Of a stretch of DNA of 64,000 bases, positions 52,074-60,205 are shown piece after piece. Both the position numbers and the translations under genes were made by a program. This DNA is from Candidatus Eiseniibacteriota bacterium (lineage in GTDB: Bacteria; Eisenbacteria; RBG-16-71-46; CAVPCR01), in NCBI GenBank assembly GCA_963823555.1, contig CAWGMA010000001.1:1664001-1728000 (forward strand), given 5' to 3'. The notes under the pieces are model-generated. The model saw only the letters and a list, made by a program, of their open reading frames with translations. It had not been told where the DNA came from and searched no databases. Each line of letters begins with the position of its first letter. Position 1 is the first letter of the stretch.

Positions 52074-55000
52074 GTGAGCATGGACGCCATGCACCCCACC
52101 GACGTTTCCGCCACCCAGTTTCCGACCTCCGTCTCCCCCTCGACGCCCACGCCGCAACCGAGCGCCGCTCCGTCTTCCACTCATTCCACGACGGAAGGGC
52201 CGCGCACGGGCCGCATGATCCGCCGCCGCTTCACGACTCCAGGGGTGGACCCGTTCACCGGGATCACCTTCGAGGAGCGCGACGCTCGCATCCAGAACTC
52301 CGACGGTTCGGCCGTCTTCGAGATGCGGGGAGCCGCGATCCCCGCCGACTGGTCGCAGCTCGCCTCGGACATCCTCGTCTCCAAGTACTTCCGGAAGACC
52401 GGGGTCCCGGGCACGGACTGCGAGAAGAGCGCGCGGCAGGTGGTCACGCGAATCGCCCGCACCATCCGCCAGGCCGGGGAGTCGCTCCACGGCTACTTCG
52501 CGGACGCCGAGGAATCGGAGACTTTCGAGGCCGAGCTCACCTACATGCTGATCCGCCAGATCGGTGCTTTCAACTCGCCGGTCTGGTTCAACTGCGGGCT
52601 CGCGCAGTCCTACGGCATCACCGGCCGCCCGGTGGGGAGCTGGGTCTGGGATCCGGCCGCTCAGGCGACCGTCCCGACCCGGGATGCCTACACCCACCCG
52701 CAGCTCTCGGCATGCTTCATCCAGTCGATCCAGGATGACCTGATGGACATCGCCGGGGCCGTCCAGCGCGAGATGCGGCTCTTCAAGTTCGGCTCCGGCA
52801 CCGGGACCAACTTCTCCACCCTCCGCGCCGAGGGCGAGCGCCTCTCGGGCGGGGGCACGTCGTCGGGGCTCATGAGCTTCCTCGAGATCCTCGACCGCGC
52901 CGCCGGGGCCACCAAGTCGGGCGGCACCACCCGCCGCGCGGCCAAGATGGTGATCCTCGACGCCGACCACCCGGATATCGAGAAGTTCATCAACTGGAAG
53001 GCCCGCGAGGAGGAGAAGGCTTCGATCTTGATCGCCGCCGGCTACGAGTCGGACTTCAACGGCGAGGCCTACAAGACCGTGAGCGGTCAGAACTCGAACA
53101 ACTCGGTGCGCCTCTCCGACGACTTCATGCAGGCCGTGATCGACGACCGGGAGTGGACCACGCACTTTCGCACGACCGGCGAGGAGGCCCGGACCTTCCG
53201 CGCCCGCGACCTGATGCAGCAGATCGCCTACGCGGCCTGGCGCTGCGCCGATCCCGGGCTCCAGTTCGACACCACCATCAACCGCTGGCACACGTGCAAG
53301 GAGAGCGGGCGCATCAACGCCTCCAATCCCTGCTCCGAGTACATGTTCCTCGATGACTCGGCCTGCAACCTGGCCTCGATCAACCTGATGAAGTTCGCGG
53401 GCGAGGACGGCACCTTCGACGTCGAGGGCTACCGCCACGCGGTGAGCGTGTTCACGCTGGCCATGGATATCATCGTCGATCAGGCGAGCTACCCGACGCA
53501 GGCCATCGCCCAGCACAGCCACGACTACCGGCCGCTGGGCCTGGGCTACGCCAACCTGGGCACGCTCCTCATGGTGAACGGCATCCCGTACGACTCGGAC
53601 ACCGGGCGCGCGACGGCGGCGGCCCTGACCGCCATCCTCACCGGGCGGGCCTATGCCACCTCGGCCGAGATCGCGGCCCGCAAGGGCCCCTTCGCCGGGT
53701 ATCCGAAGAACCGGCTCCCCATGCTCGAGGTCATGAACATGCACCGGGACACCGCCTACGCCATCTCGGCCGGCGACTGCCCGTCCTACCTCCTCGCCGC
53801 AGCGCAGGAGGACTGGGATCATGCCCTCCGCCTCGGGGAGCGTCACGGCTACCGGAACGCCCAGGCCACGGTGATCGCCCCGACCGGAACGATCGGGCTC
53901 TTGATGGACTGCGACACGACGGGCATCGAGCCCGATTTCGCGCTCGTCAAGTTCAAGAAGCTCGCGGGCGGGGGCTACTTCAAGATCGTGAACCGCTCGG
54001 TCAACCGGGCCCTCGAGATGCTCGGTTACACGCCGGAGCAGATCCAGGACATCCTCACCTACGTCACGGGCACCATGAGCCTCAACGGCGCTCCGCACGT
54101 CAACCGCGCCGCGCTCCAGCAGCGCGGGCTCGCCGCCGATGACATCGATCGCATCGAGCGGTCGCTGCCCGGGGTGTTCGAGCTGAAGCACGCTTTCCAG
54201 GCCTCCGCCCTGAGCCCGGTCACGCTCGCGCGCCTGGGGATCGCCGAGGCGGATGCCCGCCGGCCCGGATTCGATCTCCTGACCCGGCTCAACTTCTCGG
54301 CCGGCGAGGTGGCCGAGGCCGAGGAGGTGATCTGCGGGCGGATGACCGTCGAAGGGGCCCCGCATCTCAAGGCCGAGCACCTCGCGGTCTTCGACTGCGC
54401 CAATCGCTGCGGCCGGCACGGCCAGCGCTTCATCGATCCCATGGGTCACGTGCGGATGATGGCGGCGGTGCAGCCCTTCGTCTCCGGGGCGATCTCGAAG
54501 ACGATCAACATGCCCGAGGAGACGACCGCCGAGGACGTCTACCGGACCTACATGGAATCCTGGCGGCTGGGCTTGAAGGCGGTGGCCATCTATCGCGATG
54601 GCTGCAAGCGCTCGCAGCCGCTCTCGAGCTCCGGGGAGGGCAAGAAGAGCCGCCTTGCGGCCGCCGAGAGCGAGGGCAAGACCTCGACCACGGCGCCGCT
54701 GGCGGCCGGGGCGGCACCCGGTGCACCCACCCCAGGCAAGGGCAACGGCAATGGCTCCAATGGCGACGGGACCCCGGCGACCGCGGCCGCACCCGCTCCG
54801 GCTGCGGCCGCCGGGCCCGCGCCAGCCCCCGCTCAGGCCCCGACGGCGTCGCGACGCCAGCGCCTCGGCAAGAAGCGCCGCGGGTTCACCCAGGAGGCGC
54901 GTGTCTGCAACAACAAGGTCTACGTGCGGACCGGCGAGTACCCGGATGGCCGTCTCGGCGAGATCTTCATCGACATGCACAAGGAGGGCGCCGCCTTCCG

Positions 55001-55454
55001 CAGCATGATGAACTGCTTCGCCATCTCGGTCTCCCTCGGGCTCCAGCACGGGGTGCCGCTCAGCGAGTACGTGGACGCCTTCGTCTTCACCCGCTTCGAT
55101 CCGCAGGGACCGGTCGAGGGCCATCCCAACATCAAGTTCGCGACCTCGATCGTCGACTACATCTTCCGCGTCCTCGGCATGGAGTACCTGGGCCGGACCG
55201 ACTTCCTGCAGGTGAAGCCGGCCGACATGGACGTGGCGGAGGAGAAGGCCCTCGAAGCCCTGGCCAACGGGGCGCCGGCTGCGGCGGCCGGGGGCGGTGC
55301 GGGGGCCGGGACGGTGAGCCCCTCGGGGCTCGGGCAGCAGATGCGGACCCTCATGGGCGACGCGCCCCTCTGCGATATCTGCGGCAACATCACCGTCCGC
55401 AACGGCACCTGCTACAAGTGCATGAACTGCGGGAACTCGATGGGCTGCTCGTAG
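52074..55454 (+). CDS. nrdJ: Class II (adenosylcobalamin-dependent) ribonucleotide reductase
   Basis: FNSPVWFN, SACFI, GGTTRRAA, ASNPCSEY, IAPTGTI, AISKTIN, YRDG, TSCPD-like C-terminal domain and zinc ribbon. Confidence 0.97.
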   Translation: MSMDAMHPTDVSATQFPTSVSPSTPTPQPSAAPSSTHSTTEGPRTGRMIRRRFTTPGVDPFTGITFEERDARIQNSDGSAVFEMRGAAIPADWSQLASDILVSKYFRKTGVPGTDCEKSARQVVTRIARTIRQAGESLHGYFADAEESETFEAELTYMLIRQIGAFNSPVWFNCGLAQSYGITGRPVGSWVWDPAAQATVPTRDAYTHPQLSACFIQSIQDDLMDIAGAVQREMRLFKFGSGTGTNFSTLRAEGERLSGGGTSSGLMSFLEILDRAAGATKSGGTTRRAAKMVILDADHPDIEKFINWKAREEEKASILIAAGYESDFNGEAYKTVSGQNSNNSVRLSDDFMQAVIDDREWTTHFRTTGEEARTFRARDLMQQIAYAAWRCADPGLQFDTTINRWHTCKESGRINASNPCSEYMFLDDSACNLASINLMKFAGEDGTFDVEGYRHAVSVFTLAMDIIVDQASYPTQAIAQHSHDYRPLGLGYANLGTLLMVNGIPYDSDTGRATAAALTAILTGRAYATSAEIAARKGPFAGYPKNRLPMLEVMNMHRDTAYAISAGDCPSYLLAAAQEDWDHALRLGERHGYRNAQATVIAPTGTIGLLMDCDTTGIEPDFALVKFKKLAGGGYFKIVNRSVNRALEMLGYTPEQIQDILTYVTGTMSLNGAPHVNRAALQQRGLAADDIDRIERSLPGVFELKHAFQASALSPVTLARLGIAEADARRPGFDLLTRLNFSAGEVAEAEEVICGRMTVEGAPHLKAEHLAVFDCANRCGRHGQRFIDPMGHVRMMAAVQPFVSGAISKTINMPEETTAEDVYRTYMESWRLGLKAVAIYRDGCKRSQPLSSSGEGKKSRLAAAESEGKTSTTAPLAAGAAPGAPTPGKGNGNGSNGDGTPATAAAPAPAAAAGPAPAPAQAPTASRRQRLGKKRRGFTQEARVCNNKVYVRTGEYPDGRLGEIFIDMHKEGAAFRSMMNCFAISVSLGLQHGVPLSEYVDAFVFTRFDPQGPVEGHPNIKFATSIVDYIFRVLGMEYLGRTDFLQVKPADMDVAEEKALEALANGAPAAAAGGGAGAGTVSPSGLGQQMRTLMGDAPLCDICGNITVRNGTCYKCMNCGNSMGCS

Positions 55455-55474
55455 GGGAAGGCTGGAGGAAACGA

Positions 55475-55508
55475 GGAGGCCCGGAGCGGTGGACCGCTCC
55501 GGGCCTCC
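55475..55508. terminator. Strong hairpin (probable bidirectional terminator) between nrdJ and the convergent regulator
   Basis: ggaggcccggagcggt / accgctccgggcctcc perfect inverted repeat followed by cttgctttc. Confidence 0.75.
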
Positions 55509-55567
55509 CTTGCTTTCCAGGGCTGCGGCTCTGTCGCTCCGTCGTCGAACTCGAGCTTATCTCCCGC

Positions 55568-58024
55568 TCAGTCGATCCCGAGCCGTCGGATCTTCCCGAG
55601 CAAGGTGGTCCGGCTCATGTTGAGGAGCCGCGCCGCACGGGCCTTGTTCCCTGCAGTCTTCTGCAACGCGTCGACGATGAGGCGACGCTCGTGGTCATCG
55701 ATGGCGCTGGCATACCCACTTGCCTGAGCGGCTGCCCCCGACCTCTCCGCCCCAGCAGAACGCGCAATCTGCGAGTCCTCGACTCGCATGGTCTCACGGT
55801 CATGACTCAGGAGGACCATACGATGCACTTCCTGACGCAGTTCCCGCACGTTACCCGGCCAGCTGTAGCTCTTGTAGAGGGACAGGAGATCCGCCGACAC
55901 GTCGGCGCGTTTCCCGTACTGCCGCTGATACTGCTCGAGGTAGTGCAGCACGAGGACCTCGATGTCCTCGATGCGCTCACGAAGCGCGGGAATGCGGACC
56001 CAAAGACCGTTCAAGCGGTGATAGAGATCACTGCGGAAACTGTCGTCGCGCGCTGCCTGCTCCAGGTCCCGGTTCGTGGCTGCCACAACGCGCGCGTCGA
56101 CGCGCCGGGACTTGAGCTCCCCGACCCGCCGCAATTCGCCGTTCTCCAGCACGCGCAGTAGCTTCCCTTGCGCCCCAAGATCCAGATCGCCGATCTCATC
56201 GAGGAAGATGGTACCGCCGTCGGCCTGCTCGAAGAGCCCGGGCTTTTCGGACGTCGCGCCGGTAAACGACCCTTTGACGTGACCGAAAAGCTCCGACTCA
56301 TGCAGTTCTTTGGGCAGCGCCGCGCAGTTGACCGCGATGAAGCGATCCGCCGGGCGGCCGCTCAGCTCCTGAACCGCCCGCGCCACGAGTTCCTTCCCCG
56401 TCCCGGACTCCCCCGTGATGAGGATCGGCAAGCTACTTGGGGCCACGCGGGCCAGTCTCTCGAGCATCTCGTGCATCTCGCGGGAGCGCGTGATGATCGA
56501 GACCGATCCAATCGAGTGCACGCCGCGCTCGATCGCAGGCGTCGCCGTGCGTTGCACGCCGGGATCGGGAGCGTCGGGTTCTGTCAACCGCATGACCTCG
56601 CCAAGCTCTTGGTCCACTCGCTCGATCCACCGCGTCACTCCAAGATCGGCGAAGTGATCCCGCGCTTCCCGCAGGTGCTCACCAGCCGCACCAAGTGTCA
56701 GCGTGCTTGGATCGGAATCGCGGAGGTGGCAGGCGAATTCAACCAGGGTCTTGGCCAACTCGTAGCGATCGCCGAGTTCTCGCATCTCCTCGATCCCGCG
56801 CCGGAATGTCTGCTCCGCGTCTTCGCGGGCCCCGAGCATCGAGTGCGCCATGGCAAGCGGGCGATGGACCACCGCATGCTCATAGCGATCCTCGTTGTGC
56901 CTTGCGACATCCTGGCAACGGCGAGCGGCAGCAAGCGCCTTTTCGTATTCACCTAGACTGTTCCAGGCTTCCGCTTCCCGACGCTTGCCTTCGGTCGTGG
57001 CATCAGTCATGCCGATCTTCTCGCCGCGGGCGATGCACTCGGCATACCGCTCGATAGCTTCGGCTGGCTTGCCGCGCTCATACGCGATCTCGCCGAGGCA
57101 CTCGAGCGCTGCCAACTCTTCGCGGACTAGGCCATTCTCGCGGGCGATACGCAATGCGCGTGATGCGTGGCTGTCTGCCGCCTCAAGATCCCCTCTTCGG
57201 ATCGCGAGAAGACAAGTGATACTCTCGATTCGCGATAAATCGCTACTCAATCCCAGAGAACCTGCCACCGCAGAAGCACTCGTCAGCCGACACTCAGCAT
57301 CGCCCCAATCTCCGAGAAGCACCAAACAGATCGCATCATTGCAGGCAGTAGTTATACGTTGCTTGGGGCCGACAGCGTCCGCCTGAGCGATATCGTTGAA
57401 CAACTCTTTTGCGACTCTCAGCCGACCTGCGGCCATATGCGTCCTAGCAACATCGCCACTGGCACGCACAGAGTTCGAGATGTCCCCCAGGAGCAGCGAC
57501 AGGGAAGCTGCCGTGTTATAGGCCGCAATGGCTCGGTTGAACTGCCTTCTCCTCGCGAAGATATGACCTAGAGCAAAGTGGTAATTGATGGTGCTCCGAG
57601 TGTCCTTTGCTTCGCAGACCTTCGGTGCGGCTAGCGTTAGGATCTCAGCAGCGCGATCGATATCCCCCGCTTCGCGAAGAACGCTCGCGACTACGAGAAA
57701 AGCCCCAATCTGCTGGACTGGAGAAATGGTCTTGAGCGCAGCGTGTTGTAGGACTCCATCAATGAGATCGAGCGCCTCACGCACTGCACCACGCCTTCTG
57801 AGTGATTCAAGCAACCTCGAGGCGTAGTAGAGCCAGTCGGCAGCGTGCAGATCAAGTTCATCAGCGCGACGCAAAGCGTCGCGACACAGTTCGGCTGCGG
57901 AAGACACCTCGTCCGAACGAGCGAACAGTGAGACTAGGGCATCGAGGGTCTCACGAAGGTCTTGGAGGTTCTTGCAGTCGCCGAGCCGCACATGAATCAA
58001 GTCCGCACCGTCATTGAGGTTCAT
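55568..58024 (-). CDS. sigma54-dependent enhancer-binding protein with N-terminal TPR-like sensor and Fis HTH
   Basis: GESGTGKE, ESELFGHVKGSFTGA, IFLDEIGD, FRSDLYHRLN, WPGNVRELR and GNKARAARLL; about 480-aa helical-repeat N-terminus; no REC domain. Confidence 0.92.
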   Translation of the reverse strand: MNLNDGADLIHVRLGDCKNLQDLRETLDALVSLFARSDEVSSAAELCRDALRRADELDLHAADWLYYASRLLESLRRRGAVREALDLIDGVLQHAALKTISPVQQIGAFLVVASVLREAGDIDRAAEILTLAAPKVCEAKDTRSTINYHFALGHIFARRRQFNRAIAAYNTAASLSLLLGDISNSVRASGDVARTHMAAGRLRVAKELFNDIAQADAVGPKQRITTACNDAICLVLLGDWGDAECRLTSASAVAGSLGLSSDLSRIESITCLLAIRRGDLEAADSHASRALRIARENGLVREELAALECLGEIAYERGKPAEAIERYAECIARGEKIGMTDATTEGKRREAEAWNSLGEYEKALAAARRCQDVARHNEDRYEHAVVHRPLAMAHSMLGAREDAEQTFRRGIEEMRELGDRYELAKTLVEFACHLRDSDPSTLTLGAAGEHLREARDHFADLGVTRWIERVDQELGEVMRLTEPDAPDPGVQRTATPAIERGVHSIGSVSIITRSREMHEMLERLARVAPSSLPILITGESGTGKELVARAVQELSGRPADRFIAVNCAALPKELHESELFGHVKGSFTGATSEKPGLFEQADGGTIFLDEIGDLDLGAQGKLLRVLENGELRRVGELKSRRVDARVVAATNRDLEQAARDDSFRSDLYHRLNGLWVRIPALRERIEDIEVLVLHYLEQYQRQYGKRADVSADLLSLYKSYSWPGNVRELRQEVHRMVLLSHDRETMRVEDSQIARSAGAERSGAAAQASGYASAIDDHERRLIVDALQKTAGNKARAARLLNMSRTTLLGKIRRLGID

Positions 58025-58323
58025 AGTGTAGCCCCACCGCATGCGAGACTTATCTTGAGGAGAATCGCCAGCATTCGAGCTGAGGGAATCAGCGAGACGC
58101 TCTTCGATCCTTGCGATTCATCCAGTTCCAACGCGGGCGAAGGCACCGAATCTCCGCGGTTCGGTGAAGAGCCACCCACAACCTGCATATAATCGGGATC
58201 GTCGATTCCATCCGGGATGATCTGGGTAGTCGCCTCGCGGTATGGGAGCGCGATCGAGCTAAATGCAAAGAGGAGCCCCGCACAAAGGAACAGGGCGATG
58301 GAGAAGCGTCTCAGACCCGTCAT
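58021..58323 (-). CDS. Small secreted protein/propeptide (100 aa)
   Basis: GAGGTG RBS; Sec signal (RR, hydrophobic core, S-I-A cleavage); TGA overlaps the ATG of the regulator (ATGA). Confidence 0.7.
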   Translation of the reverse strand: MTGLRRFSIALFLCAGLLFAFSSIALPYREATTQIIPDGIDDPDYMQVVGGSSPNRGDSVPSPALELDESQGSKSVSLIPSARMLAILLKISLACGGATL

Positions 58324-58417
58324 CAGCTCACCTCGAGCGTTTGCCACCTCGGAAACAACCCTCTGGGAGTGGGGACACCCATCCAGGAAGTCGCGCGGGG
58401 GAGGTGTCGTGCGGGGA

Positions 58418-58446
58418 AAACTAGCATATATCTTTACAGTGGTCAA
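58418..58446 (-). promoter_or_regulatory. sigma70 promoter for the peptide-regulator unit
   Basis: TTGACC-17 bp-TAGTTT with TG extended -10, in an AT-rich patch. Confidence 0.6.
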
Positions 58447-58565
58447 CATATGACACGGCCTAGAGTTACAGCCTCGACAGCTTCGGATCGGGCCCGGCCC
58501 GGGCAGCCCTGGCTGGCAGACACGGCCCGGCCCGTTCCCAAAATCCCCGTGCTATCCTGCCCCCC

Positions 58566-59660
58566 ATGGCCAGGCCAACCCGCAAATACGGAGCCAGGCG
58601 CCCCGGCGCCGCCCCTGACCCCTCTGCCTATCCCGAGGCCGCCTACCTCATCGATTCCAACAACTACATCTTCCGGGCCTTCCACGGGGTCCCCGACTTC
58701 TCGGCCGCGGACGACCGCCCCACCAACGCCACCTACGGCTTCATCCGCACGCTCTTGATGCTCGTTCGCGAGCGGCGCCCGGCCTGGGCCGCCGCCATCT
58801 TCGAAGGGGCGGTGAGCTTCCGGAACGAGCTCTTCGCCGAGTACAAGCAGAACCGGGTCGAGCCCCCGGACAACCTCGTGCCGCAGTTCGAGGATTGCCG
58901 CCGTGCTGCGGCCGCGATCGGCTTCGCCTGCCTCGAGGCCGAGGGCTACGAGGCCGACGACTTGATGGGCTCGATCGCCGTCCGCCTCCGTGATGAGGGC
59001 CGCCACGTCGTCCTCGTGAGCGGCGACAAGGACCTGGCCCAGCTCGTGGGCGAGCGCATCTCGCTCTACGACGTGGCTCGAGACGAGGAGTTCGACCGGG
59101 AAAAGGTCATCGAGCGCTTCGGCGTCGCTCCCGAGCAGATCCCGGATCTTCTCGCCCTGATCGGCGACGCCATCGACAACATTCCCGGGATTCGCGGCAT
59201 CGGGGACAAGACCGCGGTCGCGCTCCTCCAGGGCTTCGGGTCGCTCGAGGCGATCCTTGCCGATCCGGACCGCATCGAGACCCTTGCCATCCGGAACGCA
59301 CGAGCGATCAAGGAGAAGATCATCGAAGCGGCGACCAGCGCCCGCCTCTCCCACCGGCTCGCCACGATCGCCACCGACGCCCCCATGGAGCTCGATCTCG
59401 AGGCCCTGCGCTATCGCGGGGCCGACCGGGAGGCCGTCGACGACCTCTTCGACGAGCTTCGCTTCGGTGCGCGCATCCGGGGCGAGATCCCGCTGTGGGC
59501 CGATGCTGGACCGCTCTTCGCCAGTGCCGCATCCGATGAGGCGGCCGCGCCCGAGTCACCGGACTCCCCACCCGCGCCGACCGAGAAGCCCAGGACTACC
59601 TCTGCGAAACGTGCCCGCAAGCCATCCCCTGCCAACGAGAAACAGGACAGCCTCTTCTGA
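58566..59660 (+). CDS. Stand-alone 5'-3' exonuclease / flap endonuclease (PolI N-terminal domain)
   Basis: YLID.NNYIFRAFH, YKQNR, GYEADD, SGDKDLAQL and GDAIDNIPGIRGIGDKTA; no polymerase domain. Confidence 0.93.
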   Translation: MARPTRKYGARRPGAAPDPSAYPEAAYLIDSNNYIFRAFHGVPDFSAADDRPTNATYGFIRTLLMLVRERRPAWAAAIFEGAVSFRNELFAEYKQNRVEPPDNLVPQFEDCRRAAAAIGFACLEAEGYEADDLMGSIAVRLRDEGRHVVLVSGDKDLAQLVGERISLYDVARDEEFDREKVIERFGVAPEQIPDLLALIGDAIDNIPGIRGIGDKTAVALLQGFGSLEAILADPDRIETLAIRNARAIKEKIIEAATSARLSHRLATIATDAPMELDLEALRYRGADREAVDDLFDELRFGARIRGEIPLWADAGPLFASAASDEAAAPESPDSPPAPTEKPRTTSAKRARKPSPANEKQDSLF

Positions 59661-60205
59661 TGCGACACGCCCCCTTCAATCGTCACGACACCCCCAGGCC
59701 ACCAGCGGACGCGCCCAAGACCATTCTCTTCGTCTGCCTGGGCAACATGATCCGGAGCCCGCTCGCCGAGGCGCTCGCCAAGCGCCTGCTCGCCGAGCGC
59801 GGTCTCGCCGCCCGCTACCGCATCCGCTCGGCCGGGACGATCGCCGGACATGGCTACATCTCCCCGCCCGAGGCGGTCCGTGTCGGGGCCGAGAACGGCC
59901 TGGACATCAAGCCCCACTTGACGACCCCGCTCAGCCGCGACCTCGTCGAGGAAGCCGACCTCGTGATCGCTGTCGATCGCTCGGTGGCCGAGCAGATCCT
60001 CGACCTCGTCCCCGACCTGGGTCCGCGTCTCAAGCTCTTGACGCAGTTCGCCTCGATGCCCGGGGTCTTCGACGTGCCGGACCCGATCGGCGAAAGCCGG
60101 GATGTCTACGAGGAAGCCTTCCGCCGGATCGATGCCGGCGTGCGCGGGCTGGTCGAGGCTTTGGCAGCACGGGCAGCCGACCTCCGCTCGGGGCCGCCCT
60201 CCTAG
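59660..60205 (+). CDS. Low-molecular-weight protein tyrosine/arginine phosphatase family protein
   Basis: ILFVCLGNMIRSPLAE P-loop, SAGT and DVPDPIG. Confidence 0.88.
   Translation: MRHAPFNRHDTPRPPADAPKTILFVCLGNMIRSPLAEALAKRLLAERGLAARYRIRSAGTIAGHGYISPPEAVRVGAENGLDIKPHLTTPLSRDLVEEADLVIAVDRSVAEQILDLVPDLGPRLKLLTQFASMPGVFDVPDPIGESRDVYEEAFRRIDAGVRGLVEALAARAADLRSGPPS

Noticed and set aside
51456..55124. 1222-aa antisense ORF opposite nrdJ (and similar ones at 3126-5495, 35389-37596, 25763-27703, 59257-61818)
   Set aside because: Shadow ORFs expected from high-GC3 codon usage; no recognisable motifs, and each overlaps well-supported genes.
52074..55454. Intein or intron in nrdJ
   Set aside because: The catalytic motifs are contiguous with no splicing motifs or homing endonuclease; the extra length is an Ala/Pro/Gly linker before the C-terminal domain.
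55455..58565. Mobile element or prophage boundaries around the low-GC unit
   Set aside because: No integrase, transposase, tRNA target or flanking direct repeats were seen.
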